Shown: piece by piece, positions 36,806-47,395 of the stretch
How positions within the stretch are numbered: position 1 is the stretch's first letter
Layout of the letters: each line of letters opens with the position of its first letter
Source of the DNA: Promethearchaeota archaeon
GTDB lineage: Archaea; Asgardarchaeota; Lokiarchaeia; Sigyniarchaeales; SOKP01
Reading direction: 5' to 3'
NCBI GenBank assembly: GCA_030599585.1
Contig: JAUVNS010000003.1
Span: 96,001 to 160,000, forward strand
DNA: 64,000 bases
Program-made: the position numbers and the translations under genes
Notes under the pieces: generated by a model
Databases searched by the model: none
What the model was told of the DNA's origin: nothing
The model's input: the letters and a program-made list of their open reading frames with translations, nothing else

Positions 36806-37918
36806 GTGAGAAAAATCATGAACTTAGATTTACCTTCGAAAGAAGCAAAATTAATAGTAGATTATAGTGTTAGTGTTCAAAAGGGAGAAACAGTTGTAAT
36901 TTGGGGCTCTACAGAATCAATTCCATTAGTAAAAGAATTATATAGAGAGGTTATTAAAGCAGGTGGACATCCAATTACCAAGTTAGATGTTCCTGGTTTA
37001 CCATATATCATGTACTCTGAGGGAAAAAGTTTTCAATTAAGACATCCTAATCCTCTGCTTTTATATTTAGTTAAAAATGTTGATGTTGCAATAAGAATAC
37101 GTGCACCTTCTAACCCTGAAGAAATATCTAATATCGACACTAAGAAGACATCAAAATATTCGAGATCATTCGCTGAATTCTATCAAACTTTTTTCCAACG
37201 CCAGGCAACCGGGGCACTAAAATGGATAGTGGCACCATACCCTACCGAAGGGGCTGCACAACATGCAAAAATGAGCTATGAAGAATACTGGAATCTGGTT
37301 GAAAAGTCTCTTTTTCTAGACAAAATTGATCCTATCGGAGAATGGAAAGAATTATCTCGTAAACAACAAATTTATTGTGACTTTTTAGACAATGCAGATA
37401 AGATAAGGATAAAAAATAAGGGTACTGATTTGGAATTTTCTGTAAAAGGAAGAAAATGGTTAAATTTTGATGGAAAAAAAGATCTCCCCGATGGAGAGAT
37501 ATTCACAGGACCAATTGAAGATTCTGCTAATGGATATATAACTTTTTCATTTCCTGGAGTTTATCAGGGACAAACTTTAGAAAAAATTTATCTAAAATTT
37601 AAAAACGGACAAGTAATTGAAGCTAAAACTTCTACTAATCAAAATCTGCTAGACGAAATTTTAAGAATACCCGGTTCTGATCGTATTGGTGAATTTGGAA
37701 TAGGTACTAATCCAACCATGGATAAGTATATAAAAAACATCTTATTTGATGAAAAAATTGCTGGTACTATCCACTTAGCATTAGGATTAGGTTACCCCGA
37801 CACAGGAAGCAAAAATAAGGGTGAGATACATTGGGATATTCTTACTGATATGCGGGATGAGGGAGAAATCTATTCGGATGGTAAATTAATTTACCAAAAA
37901 GGAGTTTTTTTGATTTAG
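36806..37918 (+). CDS. Aminopeptidase, M29 family (second copy)
   Basis: LPDGEIFTGP, GEFGIGTN, FDEKIAGTIHLALG, IHWD. Confidence 0.93.
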   Translation: MRKIMNLDLPSKEAKLIVDYSVSVQKGETVVIWGSTESIPLVKELYREVIKAGGHPITKLDVPGLPYIMYSEGKSFQLRHPNPLLLYLVKNVDVAIRIRAPSNPEEISNIDTKKTSKYSRSFAEFYQTFFQRQATGALKWIVAPYPTEGAAQHAKMSYEEYWNLVEKSLFLDKIDPIGEWKELSRKQQIYCDFLDNADKIRIKNKGTDLEFSVKGRKWLNFDGKKDLPDGEIFTGPIEDSANGYITFSFPGVYQGQTLEKIYLKFKNGQVIEAKTSTNQNLLDEILRIPGSDRIGEFGIGTNPTMDKYIKNILFDEKIAGTIHLALGLGYPDTGSKNKGEIHWDILTDMRDEGEIYSDGKLIYQKGVFLI

Positions 37919-38020
37919 ATAAATTAAAGAATTAAATTTTAAGAAATAAATCTTATCGTAAATTTAATAATAGAAAAATTCTGAAGTTATTATATTAATA
38001 TAAAATCAATACACAATAAG

Positions 38021-39634
38021 TTGACGATAATGGAAATACCAAAATTAGATTATTTATGGCAACATGTTCACCACTGGGCTTCTATCGACCCTGATTTTCC
38101 ATATATTAGGTTTAAATGGAAAAAATATAACGCTAAACAATTTGCTGAAACAATTGATCATTTAGCAGAAGCTTTTTTAAGTTTAGGGGTTGAAAAAGGA
38201 GATACAATCGTCACTATTTTACCTATGATAATGGAATATCCATTGATATATTTAGCGGCTAACTCTATTGGTGCTATGTGTGTTCCGATGGATGTAAAAT
38301 TCAGACCTGCTGAATATCGTCGATTTATTCCTCATGTAAATCCAAAACTTGTGGTTTTAATAGGAAAAGCGAGAGGATATGATATCGCCAATACCATTCA
38401 AGAGCTCAATCCCGGATTTAATCCTAATATAAAATACTTCTTGATAGGAAGAGACGAATTTGGAACACCCTTTGATAGTTTGTTAGAAAAAGACTATGGA
38501 TTATCTGAAGAATTAAAACAAAGAAGAAAGGAATTAAATCCTGATGAAGGCGCTCTTATCATTTTCACAGGAGGAACAACAGGAGTACCGAAAGCAGCAA
38601 TGTTAACCCATAGAAATATTGCACACGCAAGCTACTTAGAAGCAACTTATATCCATGAAAAAGGAATTCCTTTAGGATTAAGACCCAGATTTAAAATGAT
38701 AAACGCATTTCCTCCAAGCCACGCAGGTGGTTCAGTTGAAATTATGGGTACTGCTATAGTTGCGGGATGTGAGATTGTACTCCAAGAACAATGGAATCCC
38801 TATAATATATTGAGAGCAACAAGGAAGTGGAAGTTGCAATTGATAGGTGGAGTGCCAACTATGTATGCTATCACATTAAGCTTGCCAGATTTAGATGAGT
38901 TTGACACTTCTTCGCTTATACTAGCAATTGTAAGCGGAGAGAAACTAAGTATGGATTTACTGACTGGAATGCGAGATAAAATTTGTCCTAATATTCTCAA
39001 TGCATATGGAAGTACTGAATCTGGCCCTGAAGTAACGTTTACAGATATAGGGGATCCTTTAGAAGAATTAGCAAATGGTTACATCGGTCGTTTATTACCA
39101 GAACAAGAAATGAAAATTGTAGATAAAGAAAATAATGAATTACTCCCTGGTGAGATCGGTGAAATGTTATTTAAAGGGACCTTAACTATTCCTGGATATT
39201 ATAAGATGCCAGAAGAGAATAAAGCAACTTTTACTAAGGATGGATGGTGTAGATCTGGAGATCTAGGCTATATTACTAAAGATGGGAAAATCTATATTAA
39301 GGGTAGGTTGAAATTTATCATCCGTGTTGGTAGTTATACCGTTCTCCCCTCTGAAGTTGAAAGCGTAGTGTTAGAGCACCCTAAAGTTGCCATGGCAGCA
39401 GCAGTAGGAGTACCTGACAAGATTTACAATGAAGTAGTGTGGATTGCAATAGTTCCTGAAGCAGGTCAAGATGTTGATGAAAAGGAAATTATTGAGTTAT
39501 GCAATAAAGAGCTCGCTAATTTTAAAGTTCCAAAAAAAGTCGTAATTATGAAAGAATTACCAATTACTAGACTTGCTAAAGTTGATAGACCAACGATTCT
39601 GCAGCAGTTTATAGAGAAATATAACTTAAAGTAG
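38021..39634 (+). CDS. Long-chain acyl-CoA synthetase (AMP-forming)
   Basis: FTGGTTGVPK, YGSTE, SGDLG, KVDR. Confidence 0.92.
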   Translation: MTIMEIPKLDYLWQHVHHWASIDPDFPYIRFKWKKYNAKQFAETIDHLAEAFLSLGVEKGDTIVTILPMIMEYPLIYLAANSIGAMCVPMDVKFRPAEYRRFIPHVNPKLVVLIGKARGYDIANTIQELNPGFNPNIKYFLIGRDEFGTPFDSLLEKDYGLSEELKQRRKELNPDEGALIIFTGGTTGVPKAAMLTHRNIAHASYLEATYIHEKGIPLGLRPRFKMINAFPPSHAGGSVEIMGTAIVAGCEIVLQEQWNPYNILRATRKWKLQLIGGVPTMYAITLSLPDLDEFDTSSLILAIVSGEKLSMDLLTGMRDKICPNILNAYGSTESGPEVTFTDIGDPLEELANGYIGRLLPEQEMKIVDKENNELLPGEIGEMLFKGTLTIPGYYKMPEENKATFTKDGWCRSGDLGYITKDGKIYIKGRLKFIIRVGSYTVLPSEVESVVLEHPKVAMAAAVGVPDKIYNEVVWIAIVPEAGQDVDEKEIIELCNKELANFKVPKKVVIMKELPITRLAKVDRPTILQQFIEKYNLK

Positions 39635-39651
39635 AATTTTATTGAAAGTGC

Positions 39652-40950
39652 TCAAGATTCTTCTAATTCAATAACCTTTTCTAATTTTTCTTTAATTATT
39701 ACCTGTTTGTCTTTTTCTAACTTACACTTTGTAACTTTCCAAAACCTATATTCGTGATTAAGATACGCGGGACATTTGTTTCTTATATCTTCAGGGCAAT
39801 CTGCTAGTTGCCAGCACTGAAATAATTTATGTGTGAAGTATTTATGAAATTTTTTAGGGAGCTTCTCGAAATCAAATTTGGTTTCTCTAAGATATTTATC
39901 TAAATCGTTCGAATTATAGGTGTTCCAAAATAGAATTTTTTTTGATTTATTTTCCTCTTTTTCCAGAAACTCTAGCATTGCAGCCATTGTCTTCCCGGTA
40001 TAAGTCGTTTCTAATTTGAAGCCTAGCTTTTTTCCCTCTTGTTCGTAAACTAAATCTACCGCTTTTTGTCCCTTAATTGTTTTAACGCCGTAATTAGAAC
40101 CTAAATATCCCTTAATCATATTAAAATCACCTATATTAACTTTGACATCCGGTATAGATTTATCTCTTTTTCTTAAATATTTAATGGATTTATTTGCGAT
40201 TTTGATTAGTTTTTTTGGGTTAACAACAATAGCCCTAGAAACATTTACTGGATACACTTTAGTTTTTAATCCTAAGAGCTTACAACCGGCTGTGAGACCT
40301 GCTGCTGTCCCAGTTGATCCTGCTGCTACAAAAATAATGTCTGGTTCAGGGAGAATCCCTTCATCAATTTGATTTTTTAACTCAAAAATAGCATTAACAA
40401 ATCCTATAGTTCCTAAATGCGTTCCAAATCCAAGGAGAGGTGATCCACCAATTGACATTAAATAATACTTCGGATGAAACAGTCTAAACAACAAGCTTTT
40501 GAGAACACCAAGTTCAAACATCTTAGTAAAGTGTAATTTTGCCCCAAAATAATGATATAAAAGAAGAGAACGCTGAACATGCCAAGATATAGGTTGAAGA
40601 GATAAAAATAATTCACATTTTAAATCCAGTTCTTTGGCTACAATTGCACAGGCAGCCCCATGATTTGTGCCAATGCCCCCTAAAGTTATTATACCCTTCT
40701 TTTTTTTCTTTAGAGCCTCCCCAAAAATAAATTCAAACTTTCTGAGTTTGTTGCCACCATATATTTTATGATCTTTGTCATCACGCTTAATATATATCTC
40801 GCCATCAGTTAAATTCAAGTAATTTTCTAATTCTGTTAACCTATCAACATCGGAAGGTACTCTCGTTAATATTGAGATCCAAGGAACTTTCCCCTCCAAA
40901 TTTGGAAATACTTCGAACAAAATTGGCTTTTTACTTTCCATAAGGATCAA
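39652..40950 (-). CDS. D-cysteine desulfhydrase/ACC deaminase family PLP enzyme with Cys-rich C-terminal extension
   Basis: IKRDD...GGNKLRKFE, TNH, GSTGT.AG, ETTYTGK. Confidence 0.87.
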   Translation of the reverse strand: MILMESKKPILFEVFPNLEGKVPWISILTRVPSDVDRLTELENYLNLTDGEIYIKRDDKDHKIYGGNKLRKFEFIFGEALKKKKKGIITLGGIGTNHGAACAIVAKELDLKCELFLSLQPISWHVQRSLLLYHYFGAKLHFTKMFELGVLKSLLFRLFHPKYYLMSIGGSPLLGFGTHLGTIGFVNAIFELKNQIDEGILPEPDIIFVAAGSTGTAAGLTAGCKLLGLKTKVYPVNVSRAIVVNPKKLIKIANKSIKYLRKRDKSIPDVKVNIGDFNMIKGYLGSNYGVKTIKGQKAVDLVYEQEGKKLGFKLETTYTGKTMAAMLEFLEKEENKSKKILFWNTYNSNDLDKYLRETKFDFEKLPKKFHKYFTHKLFQCWQLADCPEDIRNKCPAYLNHEYRFWKVTKCKLEKDKQVIIKEKLEKVIELEES

Positions 40951-41074
40951 AAATTGTTATTACAAAAAAAAGCTTTTAAAATAGGAAAAGTTAATCAAAA
41001 ATTTTTAAATAATTCTTTCAAATAAGATATCATTGAAATTAGATTTTTAAGACTTTTATTAAGGTTTATTAGAA

Positions 41075-42274
41075 ATGGATTTTGCGATTAAAGATTATTC
41101 TTTATTGGATGATATCGGACCTGAAAAAATTATAATATTAAATAACCCTTCATCAGACCTAAACGCTGCTTTGGTTATAGATAATTCTGTGTATGGGATT
41201 CCCGCTGGTGGTGTAAGACTTGCTCCCGATATCTCTCTTGACGAGATGATTCGATTATCACGAGCAATGTCGCTGAAATTTTGCGCTTATAGATTAAAAC
41301 TTGGGGGTGCTAAAGCTGGTATAAGGGGTGATCCCCGTGATAAAGAGAAAAAAGAAATGTTACTAACAAGTTTTGCAAAAGCAACAGAGGCTTTTATTAA
41401 AAATGACATGTATTATCCTGGTCCAGATATGGGAACTGATGACGATGATCTTTTAAAAATATTTAGTGTAATGGGCGTTCCGAACTTGGCACCAAAAACA
41501 ATTGGGATGGTAAAGCTTGGAGTACCTGTTGAAGAACTATTTACAGGTTATGGTGTAATATATTGCTTAGAAGTAATCTATAATAATTTAGAGAAGCTTA
41601 CTAAGAAAAAGTATGATACATCTAAAAAGCCGAAAATTATATTGGAGGGCTTTGGTAAAGTAGGGACTGCTATTGCAATGAGCTTAAAAGAGTTAGGTTT
41701 TACCCTAACTGGTGTTTCAACAATAAAAGGTGCTATTTTTGATGAGGATGGCCTGGATATTGAAGAATTAATAAAATTAAAGTTAGCATACGGAGACGAT
41801 TTAATCAACCAATATAATAGTAAAAATCTCATACGAATTCCGAAAGAAAAACTCTTCGAATTGTCGTCTGAGTACCCCACAGATTTTATCATACCAGGAG
41901 CTCGACCCGATGTAATTAATAAAAAGAATGTTGATAAGATCAACGCAATAGCCTTGGTTCCTGCTGCAAATATACCATACGAGAAGGGTTCTACTGATAT
42001 TTTAGAAGAGAAAGGAATCATAGCATTCCCCGATTTCATAGCAAATGCGGGCGAAGTTCTCGCAATCTTAGTTAATAAAGTTGCCAAAAACGCTGAGGAA
42101 ATATTTGAATATATTAAATCGAAAATTTCAGGAAAAACATTTGAAGTGATTCAAGGTGCTGCGGAAAAAAAAATTTCATCGTATGATTATGCTGTTGCTG
42201 ATTCGCTACATGAACTAACAAAAAAAATTAAACGTCAAACAAACTCACTCGAAAAATTGAACAGAAGATACTAA
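41075..42274 (+). CDS. Glu/Leu/Phe/Val dehydrogenase family protein
   Basis: GGVR, GGAKAG, GPDMGT, TGYG, GFGKVG, PDFIANAG. Confidence 0.88.
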   Translation: MDFAIKDYSLLDDIGPEKIIILNNPSSDLNAALVIDNSVYGIPAGGVRLAPDISLDEMIRLSRAMSLKFCAYRLKLGGAKAGIRGDPRDKEKKEMLLTSFAKATEAFIKNDMYYPGPDMGTDDDDLLKIFSVMGVPNLAPKTIGMVKLGVPVEELFTGYGVIYCLEVIYNNLEKLTKKKYDTSKKPKIILEGFGKVGTAIAMSLKELGFTLTGVSTIKGAIFDEDGLDIEELIKLKLAYGDDLINQYNSKNLIRIPKEKLFELSSEYPTDFIIPGARPDVINKKNVDKINAIALVPAANIPYEKGSTDILEEKGIIAFPDFIANAGEVLAILVNKVAKNAEEIFEYIKSKISGKTFEVIQGAAEKKISSYDYAVADSLHELTKKIKRQTNSLEKLNRRY

Positions 42275-42433
42275 ATTTCGATTTATTTCAACTTTATTAA
42301 ACATTTATATATTTTCCAACCAAGAAATAAAGTAATTTAAAATTTTATTAAAAAAACTCTTAATAATTAAAAAATTAGACAAATTTGTGAAATATATATG
42401 AAATGTTAATTGGTAGGGAATAATTATAATTAG

Positions 42434-42946
42434 TTATTGAGAAGAGATATAACTATTATTTAATTCTAATAGCCAATACCAGCCTAACTTTTCTAAAGAA
42501 TCAATAAATTCATTCGAACTTATTTTATTAACATCACAGAGATCAAACATAAATTCCTCAAAAAAATTATGAAGATAATCATTAACAGGATTTTCTAATC
42601 TTTCAAAATCAGTGCTTGGATTTAAGAAAAAAGTTACAGTGAATTTTTCAAAATAAAATATGATATGTAGTTTAATATTTGACCCATTTATTTCAATTCT
42701 GGGTAAATCCCGAACATTTAAAGCCTCCGAATATAATTTTAATGCACTAGTAAACATGGGAATTAGATCTAATTCAAAAGAATCACCATTCTCATTATCT
42801 TTATGCAAAAATTGTTTGATTGCATTATTAAATATTTCAAATGTAGCAATACTGATACCATTCTTTTTAGAAATCAAGCATCCTATGACCGGAGGTATTT
42901 GATCCACTTCCAACTCCTCTATCCTGTTATCTAAATAAGTGTCCAT
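42434..42946 (-). CDS. Longin/roadblock-like domain protein
   Basis: IGCLISKKNGISI...DLIPMFTSAL..YS...IEING.NIKL pattern; ATG 42946 preferred as start. Confidence 0.55.
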   Translation of the reverse strand: MDTYLDNRIEELEVDQIPPVIGCLISKKNGISIATFEIFNNAIKQFLHKDNENGDSFELDLIPMFTSALKLYSEALNVRDLPRIEINGSNIKLHIIFYFEKFTVTFFLNPSTDFERLENPVNDYLHNFFEEFMFDLCDVNKISSNEFIDSLEKLGWYWLLELNNSYISSQ

Positions 42947-43191
42947 TAAATAATACGAAGATTTTGATATAACCAAAAAACACACCTTTTACTTTTTTAA
43001 TTAGAAATATAAAATTAAACAATAAAAACGATAACAAAAAAAGAAATAGTTCATGATTTGACACATAATGAGATCAAATTTAGAAAATTTTACACACAAA
43101 AAATTGTAAGGTTAAGATAAGAAGAATGATGACTAAATTTAACCTAAAATTATCCTTTCAATAAATAATAACATCGGTTAGGAGAGTCCAT

Positions 43192-44097
43192 TTAAGATAA
43201 CATATAACCCTTTTTCTCTTCCATAATTACATCAGCATTTTGAAACTTTTCTATATGCTTTTTAATCATCAGGAGTTCAGCAATAACTTCAAAATCTTTA
43301 AATGCTGTATATTTTCTATAAATAATGTTCCTATTTTTAAAATCATTTAGTTTGATTGCTCTACTTCTTTCAGAGAAGAAAGCGAGAATTCTTTCGTCCC
43401 GTCCTTGCAAAATTGACTTGTACTTTTCAATTTCCTCATTAATTTTATTCTTCCCTTCAATTATACCCCTATGTCCAGTAACCACAATATTTACGTCCAA
43501 ACTTTTAATTTTAGCTATTGATTCTTCAAATTCAATTAAATTGGCGTCAAGATTTCCATAATAGGGATGTCTCGTAAGATCAATATCGCCAAGAAAAGCT
43601 ATCTTTGAATTTAGTTCATAAAATGCACAATGTCCTGCTGTGTGACCGGGTGTAAAAAGGACTTTTAATTTCAACTGATTACCAATATCAACAATATCGT
43701 TATCTTCAATTAAAGCGTCTATTTTAATGTTTTGCATCCTTAGAAGTTTGATTAGACTAATTAGTTCCTCCTCAACAGGAGTATTCCTAACATTGTAGAG
43801 TGGAATCATTTTTTCGACATTTTCAATCGGTAGTTTATCCTTGGAATGGCTGTAGAACTTCACATTATTTAATAGATAATTTCCGGAAATGTGATCTTCG
43901 TGCCAATGAGTAAACAATACATGGTTTATGGGAAATGCTCTTTTTAATTTTCGGAGATGGTTGGGAGAGATTCCCGTATCGATGAGGTGATCCCCAATCA
44001 AAAGTGAATTGGAATAGGGATACCTCGCATTATTTTTTCCTTTGATAAATAAAATGTCAGGAAAATCATCACTTAACGGTTGTATGAAATCATCCAT
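43192..44097 (-). CDS. Metallo-beta-lactamase fold hydrolase
   Basis: IDTG, THWHEDH, TPGHTAGH, GD, TGH. Confidence 0.92.
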   Translation of the reverse strand: MDDFIQPLSDDFPDILFIKGKNNARYPYSNSLLIGDHLIDTGISPNHLRKLKRAFPINHVLFTHWHEDHISGNYLLNNVKFYSHSKDKLPIENVEKMIPLYNVRNTPVEEELISLIKLLRMQNIKIDALIEDNDIVDIGNQLKLKVLFTPGHTAGHCAFYELNSKIAFLGDIDLTRHPYYGNLDANLIEFEESIAKIKSLDVNIVVTGHRGIIEGKNKINEEIEKYKSILQGRDERILAFFSERSRAIKLNDFKNRNIIYRKYTAFKDFEVIAELLMIKKHIEKFQNADVIMEEKKGYMLS

Positions 44098-44283
44098 GAA
44101 AAAACCTATCTATTTAACAATTGTTAATATGAATATTAAAAAAAAATTAAAGATTCTCTAATTGAAAAATTTTAATCTTATTCCAATCGGTTTTATATAA
44201 CTCGAATAACATCATAAATCTAAGAAAAGCTCTTAGATAAGCATAAAACATTTTCTATAAACAAAATAATATAAAGTGATGAA

Positions 44284-44577
44284 ATGAGAGAAGAAGATTT
44301 AATGAGATTGTTAGGGGGTTTAGGTGGAGCAATTACATTAATTGAAACGGTATTAAGTATTAACGAGAGGAATGTTGATGCTTCTAAAGTAATTTCAATC
44401 GTAGTTTCAATTACTCTAGCAGTAATTATCTTACTCAGTGTTCTCAGACCTGGTGATCCTGTACCTATGAATTGGCTATTATTTGTAGGATTAGGTATAG
44501 TAATAATAATATTTAGTAGCTTAGCTGGAGGAATACTAATTTTAGTTGCTGGATTTATTGGATATACAGTAAAATAA
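44284..44577 (+). CDS. Small membrane protein
   Basis: 3-4 hydrophobic helices ending AGGILILVAG. Confidence 0.72.
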   Translation: MREEDLMRLLGGLGGAITLIETVLSINERNVDASKVISIVVSITLAVIILLSVLRPGDPVPMNWLLFVGLGIVIIIFSSLAGGILILVAGFIGYTVK

Positions 44578-44615
44578 AATAATAAATAAAATTTAGAGAA
44601 AAAAACAGTTAGAAA

Positions 44616-44792
44616 TTATTTTAAGGCGTAATAACAGCGTTTAGGAGAATATACTTTACCTTCTTCTCGAAGCTCCTTGATAAATTTCGATACTTCCTTT
44701 GATTCAATTCCTGTTTCTTTAGCTATATCTCCCGGTCTTAACGGGTTTTCTGAGGATTTAAACATATTTAATACTTTTTCTTTTTCCGACAT
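44616..44792 (-). CDS. 58-aa stand-alone winged-HTH protein (not in ORF track)
   Basis: Manual translation MSEKEKVLNMFKSSENPLRPGDIAKETGIESKEVSKFIKELREEGKVYSPKRCYYALK. Confidence 0.85.
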   Translation of the reverse strand: MSEKEKVLNMFKSSENPLRPGDIAKETGIESKEVSKFIKELREEGKVYSPKRCYYALK

Positions 44793-44831
44793 TATATAAC
44801 ACTTCTATTAAATTGATTCTTTTAATGAAAT

Positions 44832-46307
44832 TTAATAACTTTTTGCTAGATAAACGGTGCATGAAGCGGGTTTCCCGCAAATTATGCAAGTAGCGAACTC
44901 GTGTTTCTCTTCATCAACTCTTTTACCTCTAACTTCCGCGCCAATATCCTTTTCAACAATTTCAGCGCAGCGTTCACCATCTAAATCTATAGAACAAAAG
45001 CCACAAGCTACTATTTTTCCGTTTTTTATTGCTTCTATTGCTGCGTCCTTCTCATAAGTCAATTCAATCTGCGATTCGAAGTCGATCAGAGACTTTTCTT
45101 TAATTTCTCTAGTATAGTTTTGAGCAATTTCGTCTATGACTTTTTCTAGATCGGGATCCTTTACAAATATCTTCTTTCCATCGTGTCTTTTTACTAAAAC
45201 CATTTGGTCTTTTTCTAAGTCTCGTGGTCCGATTTCAATTCTTATCGGGACTCCTTTTAATTCCCATGTATAAAATTTACTTCCTGGCGACTCGTCAGAA
45301 TCGTCAATTTTAACCGTATACTTGCTTTTTAGCCTTTCGTATATTTCTTTTGCTTTAGTTAGAACAATTTCCTCTTTTTCTTTGAAGAGTATTGGTACAA
45401 TTACGATTTGAATTGGTGCTAAATCAAAAGGTAAGATTAGTCCCTTGTCATCCCCGAGATATGCAATCATAGCCCCATAATTCCTACTTTGAGAAGGACC
45501 ATAACACGTCTGATAACCGTATTTCTCTTCTCCATCTGTATCTACATATTTTACATCAAATGGTTTTGAGAAATTCTGGCCTAGCAAATGTGTTGAGGGC
45601 AACTGCAGAACTTTTCCGGAACCCATTAACGCATCAGCAGCATAAGTATGAACGGCTCCTGCAAATTTATCCCACTCGGGTCTTTGAAAAAAGATTAACG
45701 GGATACAACACTCATCCTGAAGAATCTGATAAGTTGATTCCATATCTTCTTTAACTTGCTCCATTGCGCCCTCCATTGTGGCAAAAACATTGTGTGCTTC
45801 AATCCAATGAAATTCCCTGCCTCTTAGAAACGGTCTTGTCATTTTTCCCTCATATCTCCAGACTTGGCATGAAAGGTATCTTTTATAGGGTAAATCCTTA
45901 TAACTTCTTATCCACATTGAATACATTTTATATAACGCTGTTTCACTAGTCGGACGTAGTGCCAAACGTTCTGCTAATTTACCGGAATTCCCTGCTTCAG
46001 TTACCCAAAATAATTCTGGAGCAAAACCCTCAACGTGATCTGCTTCTAATAAAAAATTCGATTCTGGGATAAGAGAAGGCATTGTCAGGGGAAGATGACC
46101 TTTTTCTTCTAACAAATCTTCGGTTTTTTTATACATTTTTCTAATTGTGATGGTTGCCCACTCTCGATAAACGACAAATCCCTTAATATTATATCGAATA
46201 TCAGCTAACTCTGCTTTAGTTATTAGCTCCGTATACCAACCGGAAAAATCTTCTTCTTTCGATACTGTGATTCCCGTTAAAGGAGCTTCCTTTTTCTTTT
46301 TAGCCAT
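44832..46307 (-). CDS. proS: Proline--tRNA ligase (archaeal/eukaryotic type)
   Basis: FSGWY, HVEGFAPE, ALRPTSET, RYE..TRPFLRGREF.W.EAH, HLLGQNFS, C-terminal AKSY. Confidence 0.97.
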   Translation of the reverse strand: MAKKKKEAPLTGITVSKEEDFSGWYTELITKAELADIRYNIKGFVVYREWATITIRKMYKKTEDLLEEKGHLPLTMPSLIPESNFLLEADHVEGFAPELFWVTEAGNSGKLAERLALRPTSETALYKMYSMWIRSYKDLPYKRYLSCQVWRYEGKMTRPFLRGREFHWIEAHNVFATMEGAMEQVKEDMESTYQILQDECCIPLIFFQRPEWDKFAGAVHTYAADALMGSGKVLQLPSTHLLGQNFSKPFDVKYVDTDGEEKYGYQTCYGPSQSRNYGAMIAYLGDDKGLILPFDLAPIQIVIVPILFKEKEEIVLTKAKEIYERLKSKYTVKIDDSDESPGSKFYTWELKGVPIRIEIGPRDLEKDQMVLVKRHDGKKIFVKDPDLEKVIDEIAQNYTREIKEKSLIDFESQIELTYEKDAAIEAIKNGKIVACGFCSIDLDGERCAEIVEKDIGAEVRGKRVDEEKHEFATCIICGKPASCTVYLAKSY

Positions 46308-46399
46308 AAACTATCTAAATAATAAATACATTAAAAGTTAAATATTTTATGAGTAAACCTCTAATCACATTGAACTTAATAGCTTTATCAGATTAATTC

Positions 46400-47203
46400 T
46401 TACCTAAACTGACTATCTCGATCCGGCACTAATTTTGCATTCGTAATAACCGATCCTGTTAAATAATCTCGATCAGTTGAATAATCAGAGATTTCAAGAA
46501 GGAGGATGATCGCTTCATAACCCTTGGAAATGAGATATTTTTTTAATTCTCTACCAATGGTTTTCAATAATTCTTCGTCTGTCGAAAAAACTGAATAATA
46601 AATAAATGCCTTTGGATTATCAATAAACTCTGACCTTTTTATCATTTCTTCGTCATCAATTATCGTCACCGAGTCGGCACCGGCATTTCTGGCAATTTTC
46701 TTAAGTTCTTCTTCTAGGGAGCCGAAAGTAAAGAATTGTTTGCTCCCCAATTCGATTTTTTCTGCAAGGACTCGCTCTAATTCTTCACGCGTAGTTCTAT
46801 CGTAAAAGACAGTTAACTCATGAGTACTAATTTCTGTGTATTTTCCTGATATTAAATTTTCTTTCTCCTCGATGAAATCTATAATAGTTTCGTAATATTG
46901 ATCGTCTAATTTTTGAAATTCCTCAATGCACCTTATATAATGAGTTAACTTGTCAATTAAATCGTAGTAAAATTTCAACCTCGACTTAATCTTTAACTTA
47001 TCGTCAATTTGTTTGATTTCTGGATAATATTTCTTTAAAATAAGGTTAACATTTTTCGTACAGAGAGCACATAACTTTGCTATTTTATCTGAAAATGAGA
47101 TTGATTTATGGGTCAAAAGTTGAAGAATGTCCTGCTCTATTGCAGATAGATCTCCAAAAACTTCCGTAATTTTATTACGATATTTTTTCTCGATATAAGA
47201 CAT
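46400..47203 (-). CDS. Hypothetical protein
   Basis: 267-aa clean ORF, helical N-terminus and alpha/beta C-terminus. Confidence 0.7.
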   Translation of the reverse strand: MSYIEKKYRNKITEVFGDLSAIEQDILQLLTHKSISFSDKIAKLCALCTKNVNLILKKYYPEIKQIDDKLKIKSRLKFYYDLIDKLTHYIRCIEEFQKLDDQYYETIIDFIEEKENLISGKYTEISTHELTVFYDRTTREELERVLAEKIELGSKQFFTFGSLEEELKKIARNAGADSVTIIDDEEMIKRSEFIDNPKAFIYYSVFSTDEELLKTIGRELKKYLISKGYEAIILLLEISDYSTDRDYLTGSVITNAKLVPDRDSQFR

Positions 47204-47395
47204 ATATAGCGTATCATCCGAATATTCGTTTTGTAATAAGGTAAATAATATTTCCCACCTATTTAAAGATCAACGGCTAAATCAAATAATAGTTATTTGA
47301 ATTATAAGAAAAGAAAAAAATCAGAGAATAATATTTATATGAATAAGGTAGTAGTAATAATACGATAGAATTTTAGCTTATATTGTATAAAAAAG

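Noticed and set aside
27404-37920. Peptidase cluster as a mobile element
   Set aside because: No integrase, transposase, tRNA target or flanking direct repeats were seen.
44616-44792. Z-alpha (Z-DNA binding) domain assignment
   Set aside because: Similar size and fold pattern, but the key Asn, Tyr and Trp recognition residues are missing.
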